64,000 nt of DNA from Emiliania huxleyi CCMP1516 (taxonomy: Eukaryota), in NCBI RefSeq assembly GCF_000372725.1, contig NW_005201732.1, forward strand, positions 124,001-188,000, read 5' to 3'. Position numbers and translations under genes: made by a program. Position 1 is the stretch's first letter; each line of letters starts with the position of its first letter. A model generated the notes under the pieces. The model searched no databases. It was not told where the DNA came from and saw nothing but the letters and a program-made list of their open reading frames with translations. This document shows, piece by piece, positions 35,484-44,893 of the stretch.

Positions 35484-38400
35484 ATGTCTAGCAACAACCG
35501 TGACAAAGACATGCCGTCCGTCATCCAATGGGATGGGACATCTGGCCTTCCTTTCAAGGAGTGGAGAAGGGCAATTCTCGACACTGGTGCGGAGCGGACC
35601 GACGAATCCGGCTCCAGCGTCGCGGATGTCTTCGCTGGTGCGGACATGGGAGGAACCGCCGTCGGCGCTCCACCTCTGCCTGCTGGCGCTGCACAGCACG
35701 CACAGAAGATGCAGGCCCTGCACCGCACCCGCCGCAAGCAGGCCTACGCCCTCCTGGTCAAGAACATATCTTGCAAGGACATCAAGTTCCACCTTCGCGA
35801 GAATTTCTTCCAGCAGGGGGAGCAGGCGTGGCAGTACCTTTGCTCAATTGGGGACATGGAGCCGCAGCGCTCTGATGTCCGTGCGCACGATGCGGCGTGG
35901 GCAAAGATCAGCATCTGCGCCGACATTGGCATCAGTGGGTTCACTGTCACCAAGCTCCACAGCCACATTCGCCGCGTCAACGCCGAGCGCCCGCCTACTC
36001 ACCGCCACGACGAGAGCGAGATCGCTGTTCGGCTCCTCGAGTGTATCAACGAGAACTCAAAGCTTTTCGGAGCCGAGAGCCTCTCCGAGATCAATAGCAC
36101 CGGGCCTCACAACGGGTACTTCTGGATTGCTGGCACCGCTGCAGGCGTCGGTGGAGTCCCTCCTGCAGTCCCTGCCCGACGTGACCTCGCCAGACTCGTC
36201 GCGCACTATTCCACCCACTGGAAGAACGCGTTTGAGAACGGCCACCTCGGCCCGGAGCAGCTGCCGACCGCCAGTGGGAGGCGGGCCTCCTCTCAGAGCG
36301 TCGGGCTGTCAACCGAGGCGAAGGCTGCTGCCATGCAAGTCGAGGCCATGCAAATGGAGCACATCCGTGCCATTGTCCCGCGTGGCGCCGTCACCACCAC
36401 CGCCTTCGGTTTCTTCGGCGGCGCTAACGTCGACCAGTACGATTGCCCAGTCGTCCGTGACAGTGGCGCAAGCGACGATATCATCTACCTCGAGGATGGA
36501 AACGCTGTCGAGTCCGTCGAGATCGTCTGCCACAACTGCCGGGGCATCGGACACCCCGGACGCATGTGCCCTTCCGCCAAAAAGAACCGGTCGTTCGATT
36601 ACGCGATCGCCCTTCTCGAGACGAGCAAGGCGCGGGCCGACGCCAACTCGAGGCGGGCCGGGGAACCGTCCGGCGGCCGGCGCAGCTTTCAGCGCGGACA
36701 AAGGCCACCGTTCCGCACCGGACGGCAGCCAGTCGGCCGCTCCTCCGCGCCTCGCGGCCCGCCTACCGCCGACGCCCACGCCACCGGAGAGCTCGACGGA
36801 GAGCTCGCCGCAGAGCGCGCCGTCGCCGCTGCCGCCACCGCAGAAGCCGCCGCTGCCGCCGCCGAGGCAGCCGCCGCTGCCGCCACTGCCGCTGGCCGCG
36901 AGGAGGTTGCCGGAGCCGCTGTCGGAGCTGACGTCGTCAATGACAACGCCGACATCGTCCCCGACCTCAACAACTTTGCCGTCAACGACTTCTTCGACGA
37001 CGAGCTCGGCTACGCCGCCGTCGTAGGCACCGAGCCCTGCGAAGTCGTCGCCACCGCCATCGCTGCCGTCCCCAGCACTGGGTTCCTCGCCACCACTACC
37101 AGCTCTGGCCGCTGGTTTTTTGCCGTCGTGACTGCCGCTATCTGCGCTACTTGCTGTTGGCTCGCCAACTGCGTCCGGCTCGACAAGATCGCCGACGCTG
37201 CTGTCAAGGCCTCCGACGCCGTCACCTCCGTCGTCTTCTCGCAGAGCGCAGCACTCGTCATTGGCTTCGCCCTCATCGTTCTCGGTGGCCGGCCTGCTCT
37301 CCCCGCTCTTGTTACGTCGGGAGGCGCTGCCGCCGCCGCCACCATCGACAATGACGGCCAGGTCATCCAGCTCTACGACATCCAGCCCGGCGGCGTGTAC
37401 CGCGAGCTGCGACAGGGAGTTGACTATTCCTTTCCTGTCGACGTCTGCGAACCTGGCGGCATTCGTGGGAGGCTTGGACAGACAGTCGAGTACGTCCACT
37501 CCGCCATCAAGGCCGACAGTGACGTACGGATGCCCGATATCACTGTCGACAGTGGCGCGAGCCTCACCCTCGTCCCCGAGCATCTCTCGTACCTGATCAC
37601 CGAGAATGGCAGCGTCAAGAGCACCGGCGTCAAGGTGGCTAGCGACGCTGTCTTGAAGATCACCAAGAGTGGATCCGCCGTGCTTCCGTCCGCCATCGGC
37701 TTCACCATCGACAGCGATGGGAAGCGCGCCCCCGTCGTCGGCGACATCCCCGTCTCGCGGGCCGCCGCCGTCCAAGGTCTCGCGCCCGACCTCATCCTTC
37801 TGTCTGTTCGTTGCGCGAAGAATGACGACGGCATTCGCGCTTACTTCAACGACGACAACTCTTACGGAGTCGACGAATGCGTCCGTCTTCCCAGCGGTGT
37901 TTTCTTTTCTTTCGGCGGCTTCGAACGATGCTACAAGATTGCGACCATCGATTGCGCCACCGGTGTCGACGTTACCGGTGTCGACGTTGCTGCGTCAGTC
38001 ACCACTGACTACAACCTCTTGTGTCACGCACGCCTTTGCCACGCCGGCCACGCTCGCCTCGCCGCAAGCAACGTCACTTGGCAAGGCAAACAAGTCAACG
38101 GCAACTATGTCCCGCACGAGTGCCGTGGCTGCAGACTGTGTGCGCCGAAACGTCCCGCCTCCAGTGCCGTGCGACGCACGCTCGCTGCGCCTCCACCAGC
38201 CGCCAGCGCACGAGAGCCGCTCTCCTTCTTCGGCCAGCTCGTCGCAAGCGACTGCTCCTACCCGTTTCCGCGCTCGTTCCCGCACGGATTCACCGGCGTC
38301 ATCAACTTCTGTGACAAGTACACCGGCGACAAGTTCGTCTACTACCTCGTTCACAAGCCGAACTCTGCCGAGGTCGCCGATTCGTTTCGCGAGTTCCACC

Positions 38401-41057
38401 ACAACAACGAGCATCGGCTTCGAAATGGAAAGGTCTATGCCTTCCTTGACGACAACGGGCTCGAGTACCATGGCGATGCCATCGACGGACCAGATGGAAT
38501 CGTGCGGCAACTCATCGTCAAGCGCCAGTTTGGCATTGCTAACGAAGACAACACCAACCCCATCGCCGAGCGATGCCACGGTGTCTTCCAGCACGCTGTG
38601 TGCGCGTGCCTTGCTTATGCCGACGATGCGCCCCAGTGCCTGTGGCCGTGGGCTATGCGACAGAGCGAGCTCATCTTCCGACACCTCGCTACCACGTCGC
38701 ATTCCCCCCCGATCTCGCCACGTGACTTTGCAAATCCAAATCTCGAGCCAGCCGAGCTTGGATGGGCGCGAGTTCTATTTTGCAACGTCACTGTTTTCAT
38801 CCCGCTGCGAGACAAGGATAACAAGATCAGCCACACCCAGGCCGATGCTTGCCACCTTGGATACGACGAGAACCGCCGCTGCCACTTCGCCTATGTTCCG
38901 TCGCTCCGTCGCGTCGGCAGCTACCGCGTCACGTCGTGGTGCGGAGAAAACAAGTTCACGATCGCGAAGACCATCTCCTGTGACACGCCAATCACATACA
39001 TGCAGAGTGACTTCCCCTTCGGCCGCGCCACCGGTGCCTTCCTGCCCAAGCACTTTGTTGCGCGTCGCCCGCCCGCCCGCCCAGTTGGCCTGCCAGACCA
39101 GGGGGGAGCCGCTAACGCAGATGGTCCGACAGCCAGCGACGGCACCGTAGCCCTTGTACGGCGTTATGCCGCCGTCGGCTGCGCCGCATTTGCCAGTGGG
39201 CAACAGACTATTGCCCGCCTCGCAACTGACCGGCTTGCAGAGATAGCCTACTCAGCCTTCATCGACGACGACAACACCGAGGTCGCATGCGTCTGGAACG
39301 ACACAGGCTGCAAGCCGCCGCCAATCGAGATAGCGCTTGCAATCCAGTCCGTCGCTTCACAGACTATGCCCGACATCAAAACAGTCGAACAGGCTCGCCA
39401 GTCTATTTACTGGCCTCTCATCAAACGTGCTATGGAGGATGAGATTCACGGAAAGTACGTCGTCAACCGAGCGTGGGACGTTGTCCGACAGGAGCCGTGG
39501 ATGCACGTCATTGGAGTCAAGTGGGTCTTTACCTTTGTCTTCAATGACGACGGCAGCATCGCCAAGGTCAAGGCTCGTCTCGTTGGGAAAGGCTTTGGAC
39601 AACGTGAAGGCAAGGAGTACCACGAGTGTTTTGCGCGCACTCTGAGCGCAACAGCCTTCCGCCTATGGTGTGCCATAGTCGCCGACGAAGACCTCGAGAC
39701 TGACACGGCCGACGGCGTCAAGGCGTTTACTCAGGCTGACGTCGATGCCGAGATCTACACCCAGATGCCACCCGGGTTCGTCAAGAAGGGCTTTGTGCTC
39801 ATGCTTCTCAAAGCGCTCGAGGGCATCAAACAGGGCTCCTACCTTTGGTTCAAACTCAACCAGGACGCCCTCGTCAAGCTTGGCTGCGTCGCCTCGCTCA
39901 CCGAGCCAAACTTCTACAGCCACCCAGCCTTTCGCCTAAAAATCATCGTTGTTTTTGCAGACGACGTCGCAAACGGCTTTGCCGCTTCTGCCACCGACCA
40001 GTACGTCCGGTTCAAAGAGGAATATGGAACGTACATCAAGATTGCGACGCTCGATATCGTCCCCATCTCCGTCTTCACCGGAATCGAGGTACTCCGCGAC
40101 CGAGCCAACCGCACGCTCACTATTCGGCAGACCCGGTACATCGAGCGGATTGCCGCCCTCTACGGCAACGAGATTGGCGCTGGTGCTCAGTCCACCCCAG
40201 CCGGCTCGACCGACGTCCAGCGCGCCCTCTTCGATAAGCTCGAGCCTGCTGCCGAGTGCGACCGCATCCCCGTCACCGAGTTCCTGAAGCCGCTAGGAAC
40301 CATCGGGTGGCCTGCCGAGATGACGCGCCCCGACATCAAGTACTTCTTCTCGAAGCTCGGCTCTTTCTCTCAGGCTTGCGGCGCCGTCCATCGTGACGCC
40401 ATCATGACCGTCATCAACTATCTCAACGCCACAAAGCACCTCGGCATCACCTACGGCGGAAAGCTCAAGATCCCCTACGGACTCGACACTTTCCTGCCAG
40501 GCTTCATCGAGTCTCGTGGCCTCCACGCCTACCATGACGCCTCCTTCGGCAAGGCGCCACACTACGGCGGATGCGTCGTGATGTTCAACAACGGCGCCAT
40601 CGACTGGAGCGCCAACAAGTCCAAGATCGAGGCTCTCAGCGTCGCCGAAGAGGAGACCGCCACCGCCTCCGTCGCCGCCAAGAAAGTCGTCTCCTGCCGG
40701 CTCATGCTCGAGGACGCTGGCCGAGCTGTCGCAGGACCCACGCCCCAGCTCGGTGACTGCAAAGCCGTCTTTGACATCATCGTCAAGCCCGGCTCTACTG
40801 CTCGCACGCGCTACTACGAACGTGCCACCATGTTTGTCAAGCGCCTCTTCATGCTCCGCCACGTCGCGCCGTACCTCGTCGGCACTGCTTATATGATCGC
40901 CGACGTCTTCACCAAGACGCAGACGACGCGAGCTATGTTCTTCACCTGTCGCGACTACATGCTCAACGCCAGCAACGGCCCCGGCTTTGCTGTGACGCTC
41001 CAGGGGCAGGCTGCCCGGCTGTGGAGCAAGCTCGTCGCGACCGTCGGCAAGGCGTGA
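35484..41057 (+). CDS. copia Gag-Pol polyprotein (1857 aa)
   Basis: CCHC knuckle CHNCRGIGHPGRMC; protease VDSGAS; HARLCH..CRGC; integrase D(VASDC)-D(DDNGLEY)-E(NPIAER); RT KARLVGKG..FADD; RNase H AYHDASFG. The PR-IN-RT-RH order is that of copia. Confidence 0.96.
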   Translation: MSSNNRDKDMPSVIQWDGTSGLPFKEWRRAILDTGAERTDESGSSVADVFAGADMGGTAVGAPPLPAGAAQHAQKMQALHRTRRKQAYALLVKNISCKDIKFHLRENFFQQGEQAWQYLCSIGDMEPQRSDVRAHDAAWAKISICADIGISGFTVTKLHSHIRRVNAERPPTHRHDESEIAVRLLECINENSKLFGAESLSEINSTGPHNGYFWIAGTAAGVGGVPPAVPARRDLARLVAHYSTHWKNAFENGHLGPEQLPTASGRRASSQSVGLSTEAKAAAMQVEAMQMEHIRAIVPRGAVTTTAFGFFGGANVDQYDCPVVRDSGASDDIIYLEDGNAVESVEIVCHNCRGIGHPGRMCPSAKKNRSFDYAIALLETSKARADANSRRAGEPSGGRRSFQRGQRPPFRTGRQPVGRSSAPRGPPTADAHATGELDGELAAERAVAAAATAEAAAAAAEAAAAAATAAGREEVAGAAVGADVVNDNADIVPDLNNFAVNDFFDDELGYAAVVGTEPCEVVATAIAAVPSTGFLATTTSSGRWFFAVVTAAICATCCWLANCVRLDKIADAAVKASDAVTSVVFSQSAALVIGFALIVLGGRPALPALVTSGGAAAAATIDNDGQVIQLYDIQPGGVYRELRQGVDYSFPVDVCEPGGIRGRLGQTVEYVHSAIKADSDVRMPDITVDSGASLTLVPEHLSYLITENGSVKSTGVKVASDAVLKITKSGSAVLPSAIGFTIDSDGKRAPVVGDIPVSRAAAVQGLAPDLILLSVRCAKNDDGIRAYFNDDNSYGVDECVRLPSGVFFSFGGFERCYKIATIDCATGVDVTGVDVAASVTTDYNLLCHARLCHAGHARLAASNVTWQGKQVNGNYVPHECRGCRLCAPKRPASSAVRRTLAAPPPAASAREPLSFFGQLVASDCSYPFPRSFPHGFTGVINFCDKYTGDKFVYYLVHKPNSAEVADSFREFHHNNEHRLRNGKVYAFLDDNGLEYHGDAIDGPDGIVRQLIVKRQFGIANEDNTNPIAERCHGVFQHAVCACLAYADDAPQCLWPWAMRQSELIFRHLATTSHSPPISPRDFANPNLEPAELGWARVLFCNVTVFIPLRDKDNKISHTQADACHLGYDENRRCHFAYVPSLRRVGSYRVTSWCGENKFTIAKTISCDTPITYMQSDFPFGRATGAFLPKHFVARRPPARPVGLPDQGGAANADGPTASDGTVALVRRYAAVGCAAFASGQQTIARLATDRLAEIAYSAFIDDDNTEVACVWNDTGCKPPPIEIALAIQSVASQTMPDIKTVEQARQSIYWPLIKRAMEDEIHGKYVVNRAWDVVRQEPWMHVIGVKWVFTFVFNDDGSIAKVKARLVGKGFGQREGKEYHECFARTLSATAFRLWCAIVADEDLETDTADGVKAFTQADVDAEIYTQMPPGFVKKGFVLMLLKALEGIKQGSYLWFKLNQDALVKLGCVASLTEPNFYSHPAFRLKIIVVFADDVANGFAASATDQYVRFKEEYGTYIKIATLDIVPISVFTGIEVLRDRANRTLTIRQTRYIERIAALYGNEIGAGAQSTPAGSTDVQRALFDKLEPAAECDRIPVTEFLKPLGTIGWPAEMTRPDIKYFFSKLGSFSQACGAVHRDAIMTVINYLNATKHLGITYGGKLKIPYGLDTFLPGFIESRGLHAYHDASFGKAPHYGGCVVMFNNGAIDWSANKSKIEALSVAEEETATASVAAKKVVSCRLMLEDAGRAVAGPTPQLGDCKAVFDIIVKPGSTARTRYYERATMFVKRLFMLRHVAPYLVGTAYMIADVFTKTQTTRAMFFTCRDYMLNASNGPGFAVTLQGQAARLWSKLVATVGKA

Positions 41058-41114
41058 GTCATCACCCCTTCGCCGAGGACGCGCGAGTCGTCCGAGATAG
41101 TTGCCGATGCAACT

Positions 41115-41123
41115 AGGGGGGAG
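41115..41123 (+). promoter_or_regulatory. polypurine tract
   Basis: aggggggag immediately precedes the 3' LTR. Confidence 0.85.
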
Positions 41124-41393
41124 CGTTAGAGACGACTCTCTTTCTCCCAACTGTGAACAGTCGTTATCTGTATATGCGCAGCTATTCATAGCCGCGCCTG
41201 TTGTTTGTGTGTGTATCCGCGCTCTTGGCGCGATTACGAGACTGACTAGTGTGTCGCACTAGTTGTACTTTTCGTAATAGTATTCCGCATTCATTGCGAG
41301 GGCGGACCACTCCTAGCGTGCAGACCGCGGGAGCTGGTGCCGCGGCCAGTGTAGACCTGGCCTGCGCTGTGACGCGCGCGCTCATCTTCAACG
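41124..41393 (+). repeat. 3' LTR
   Basis: Copy of 35185-35454. Confidence 0.95.
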
Positions 41394-41643
41394 TGTAGCG
41401 AGAGACCTCGGGCAATCGATGTTCCGAGAAATCGCGCGGCGGCTTTTCTTTTCTGGCGCCTCCGAGAGCCGAACGGAAGGAAGCCGGGGAAGACGACTCC
41501 GAGGAGGACGAGAGGAGGACGAAACACCAGTGGTAATCCCGTCGTCAGTAAACTCGATGTTCCGAGAAATCACACGTGGCACTCCGAAGAGCCGAACGGA
41601 AGCGCGTGCGAGTCGCGTGTGTGAAGGGCGCTTCACCACTTGA

Positions 41644-43062
41644 ATGGCGTTCGCCTCGGCCGGCCTGCCGCCGCCGGCGCTCAACGCTGCCGCTGCCGAG
41701 GGCGCGGCGCGCGCGGCCGCGACGGCGCGCAAGCAAGAGGCCGGTGATGGCCAGAGACTCGGCGTGAAGCGCCGCCTCGACGGCGAGCTCGCGCGTCAAC
41801 GACGACGACGCCAAAGAAGGCGACACCATTATGGTGGACGCCGCACAGATGGCCGCTGCGGCGGCCGCCGGCACCGACCGCGGCACGAAGCGCCTGCTGC
41901 ACGTCGCGCTCGCGGCGCGCGACGGCAAGCACATCCCGGACATCCAGAACACGACGGTGCTCGTCTCCGAGATTCGACAGCTTCTGAGGAAGACGCCAGG
42001 CTGCGAGGCGCAGCCGGTGAGCGCGATCAGCGTGCCCATCATCGGCACGTCGCGGGCCGTCTGCGTCGCCTTCAGCGGCGAGAGCGAGGCACGAGCCTTC
42101 CTCGAGCACCACGCCGGCGGTGGCGCCATACAGCTCCCAGCTCCGGATGACATCACCATCCACTTCGTCGCTCTCGACGCCTCCGAGTGGGGCAGGCAGG
42201 CGGAGGCGCGCGAGCTCCAGGCGGCGACGGAGTCCGACGGCCTCATCGCCATCCGCACCCGCGGCGCCATCAACACGGCCGCCCAGATCGAGCACTTTAC
42301 CCCTCTGCTCCAGAAGCACTTCGGCAACGTCGTCTCCGTCCAAGAGGGATATCACACCTTCCTGGGCGCCAAGTCGGACGAGAAGGACGGCTCTATCCTC
42401 TTCAAGGTGAAGAACGAGAACCTCGCCTGCATGCTGCAACCTCCCGGTCCTGCCCAACGTCTACGCGAGCGGCGATGTCGGCGGACCTCTCCGCCTTGAT
42501 GTCGGGTGCGTCAAGGTCCTCGGCAACAAACTCTGCCCCTCCTGCCGCGCATTTGGGTTGACCAACGCCGACATCATCCACGACGCGCAGTGCGCCGCGC
42601 AGGAACTCAAGGCCAGGCGCGCCGTAGCGACGAACGTCGCGAAGAAGAAGACCTTCCAGAGCGTCATCGTCGACAACAAGGTCGAGGTCGCGCGCGCGGC
42701 GGGCAAGGTCAAGGCGATGGCGGCGCGCGACGGGATTGGCTTTTGCCCAAACTTCAACCAGACCGCCCTCCCGTGCAAGAACAGCGCTCGCTGCCGCTAC
42801 GCGCCGTGCGTCAACTTTGAGGCGCTCCTCCACACCGCCTTCAAGGACACCGTCTACGAGCGCATGCCGAGCGCGGTCAGGCTGGGCACGAGCCGCGGGC
42901 GGCGCGCAGACCGGCGCGGCGGACGCGGCCGCGGCGGCGGCGGCGGCGAGGTCAAGAGCAGGTCAAGAGCAACAAGAAGGACTGGGCGAGCGTCGCTCGC
43001 GGAGCCGCCCGCTCGAGTCCAACGAGCCCTCGCTCTACGAGGGGAGCGACGAGGAGTTCTAG
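41644..43062 (+). pseudogene. frameshifted intronless ORF resembling a retroelement ORF1/gag-like protein with Cys/His motifs
   Basis: Protein-like segments (41831-42440, then a shifted frame) contain CPSCRAFG..IIHDAQC and CPNFNQTALPCKNSARCRYAPC, followed by an RGG-rich tail. Confidence 0.35.
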
Positions 43063-43189
43063 GAACGGCCGCCGAGCCCTCGCAGGAAGGGCGGCGAGGA
43101 GAAAAAACAATCAAAAAGAAGAAAACCCGAATTGTGGCTCAAAGGTGCATCGAGCGACGCATCAAAAGGCACTCTCCTTTGTGGCCACA

Positions 43190-44104
43190 ATGCTCTGCCC
43201 GTCGCCGCCACCACTCCGCACGATGGAGAACAGCCCTTTGTTCAGTCCCTCGTCGGCCGACGACGACGCCGCCATGCAGGCCGCTCTCCTCGCCTCTCTT
43301 GCGGAGCAGCCGAGCGATGAGCCTGCGCCTGCCGCGGCGCTTGAGGGGCAGGCCTCGCTGCTCGCCGCGGCGACGCCGCCGCCCGCCGTCTCCACACCTT
43401 CAACGCTCGAGGCCTTCATCGCCGAGGTAGCGCCCGCCGCGGCCGCCGCCGCCGGGCTGCGGGCGCTCGCCCTCGCGCCGCGCCACCTGACGCTCGTCAA
43501 GGTGCGGGGCGACGGCCATTGTTTCTTCCGGGCGCTGGCGGCAGGGCTTGTGCTCGGCGCGGCGTGGGCGCACGGCGGCCTCGCCGCCCTCGAGGCGCAC
43601 CTCGACTCGCTGCCCGCCGAGTCGGCGCCCGCCATCGCCGCCCTCCGCGCGCTGCTGGGCCGCAGCTCTGCCGAGGCCGCGCAAGCTCTTGACGCGCTCA
43701 ACGACGGGCGCTCCGACGCCGCCGTCGCGGCGTTGCGCGGCTGCGCGACGGCGCACATGCTCCGCTCCGCCGCCCGCTTCGCCCACGTCGCCGCCGCCGA
43801 CGGCTCCCCCTCCCTCGAGGCTTACTGCGCGCGGATGGCCCAGATGGAGCCCGGGCAAGGCGGCGGCAAGCCTGCGCCGCTGTGGTGGTCTCCGGCGTAC
43901 GGAGGGCAGCCGGAGATGGTGGCGCTGTCCGAGGCGCTCGGCCTGCGCGTCGAGGTCATCGACATGTCCGCGGCCGAGCTCCAGACCCACGAGGTGAGCT
44001 GCGCGGAGCTGCCGGCGACTGCGCCGCGCATCACGCTGCTGCGCCGTGGGCTCCACTTCCACCTGCTGCTGCCGGCGGCGGCGGAGGGCGAGCTCGTCGG
44101 CTGA
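43190..44104 (+). CDS. OTU-family deubiquitinase with N-terminal UIM
   Basis: DDDAAMQAALLASL (UIM), VRGDGHCFFRAL (catalytic Cys), YGGQPEMVALSEALG and ITLLRRGLHFHLL (catalytic His). Confidence 0.82.
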   Translation: MLCPSPPPLRTMENSPLFSPSSADDDAAMQAALLASLAEQPSDEPAPAAALEGQASLLAAATPPPAVSTPSTLEAFIAEVAPAAAAAAGLRALALAPRHLTLVKVRGDGHCFFRALAAGLVLGAAWAHGGLAALEAHLDSLPAESAPAIAALRALLGRSSAEAAQALDALNDGRSDAAVAALRGCATAHMLRSAARFAHVAAADGSPSLEAYCARMAQMEPGQGGGKPAPLWWSPAYGGQPEMVALSEALGLRVEVIDMSAAELQTHEVSCAELPATAPRITLLRRGLHFHLLLPAAAEGELVG

Positions 44105-44893
44105 CGGCGCAGCCACTCCGGTCCACATATTGAGCCGGCTCTGAGCCGATGTGAGCGGCTCCCACCGCGACTGTGCCTCGGGCCAGTTCCATCCAGCGGG
44201 CGGGATGGGGGGGGGGGGGGGGTGCCGCGGCGCGAATGTGGCGCCGCTGCGCTGTCGATTGCGGGGGCTACACAGCAGGGCATGAGAGGGAGGTTGTAGG
44301 AGGGTGAGGCGCGGGCGGGGGGGGGAGAGGGCGTGAGCATGGATGAGCATGTGTGTGACGGCTGATGTGGTGCCGATATTGGTGTAGGGATATGCAATAC
44401 AAGATCATCTACACATCAAAAAGAGTGTGATAAGCGCGCCCCCAGATACAACGCAAGAGAGAGAGAGGCGAGAGGCGAGAGGTCACGGGTGCGTGGGGTC
44501 GTGGGGAGCGCAGCCCGCAGGGCCCTGGCCACGCCCCACGCGCCAGGCGGGAGGGTGCGGCAACCTCCAGCTCCACGTCTCCACACTTCTCGCTTAAACG
44601 AAGGTACACTTTTGTGCCTGAACCCTGTGCCTCCACTGCCGATCTCTCGAGGGCGGGTGCGGGGCGCGGGGGGCGCGGCGATGCGCCTACGTCTACCCGG
44701 CTCTCGGCTATGACACCACAGACCAGTGCACTGTGCAGAGCGAGAGGCGGACACCACGGCTCGGGGCGAACAGTTTGAGTACCGGCCTCGGCTCTCCCTC
44801 TCGCGCTGCGCACCGATCGGTCAGACTCCATAGACAGCGCCTCGAGTACGCAGGGGAGGCGCGGACGGCGCACAGAGTGAGGTCGTCCGGGCG

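Larger units (their letters stand above)
35185..41393 (+). mobile_element. intact Ty1/copia LTR retrotransposon
   Basis: 270-bp LTRs at 35185-35454 and 41124-41393, identical by eye. TSD tgtag at 35180-35184 and 41394-41398. PBS and PPT present, with a single Gag-Pol ORF. Confidence 0.97.
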
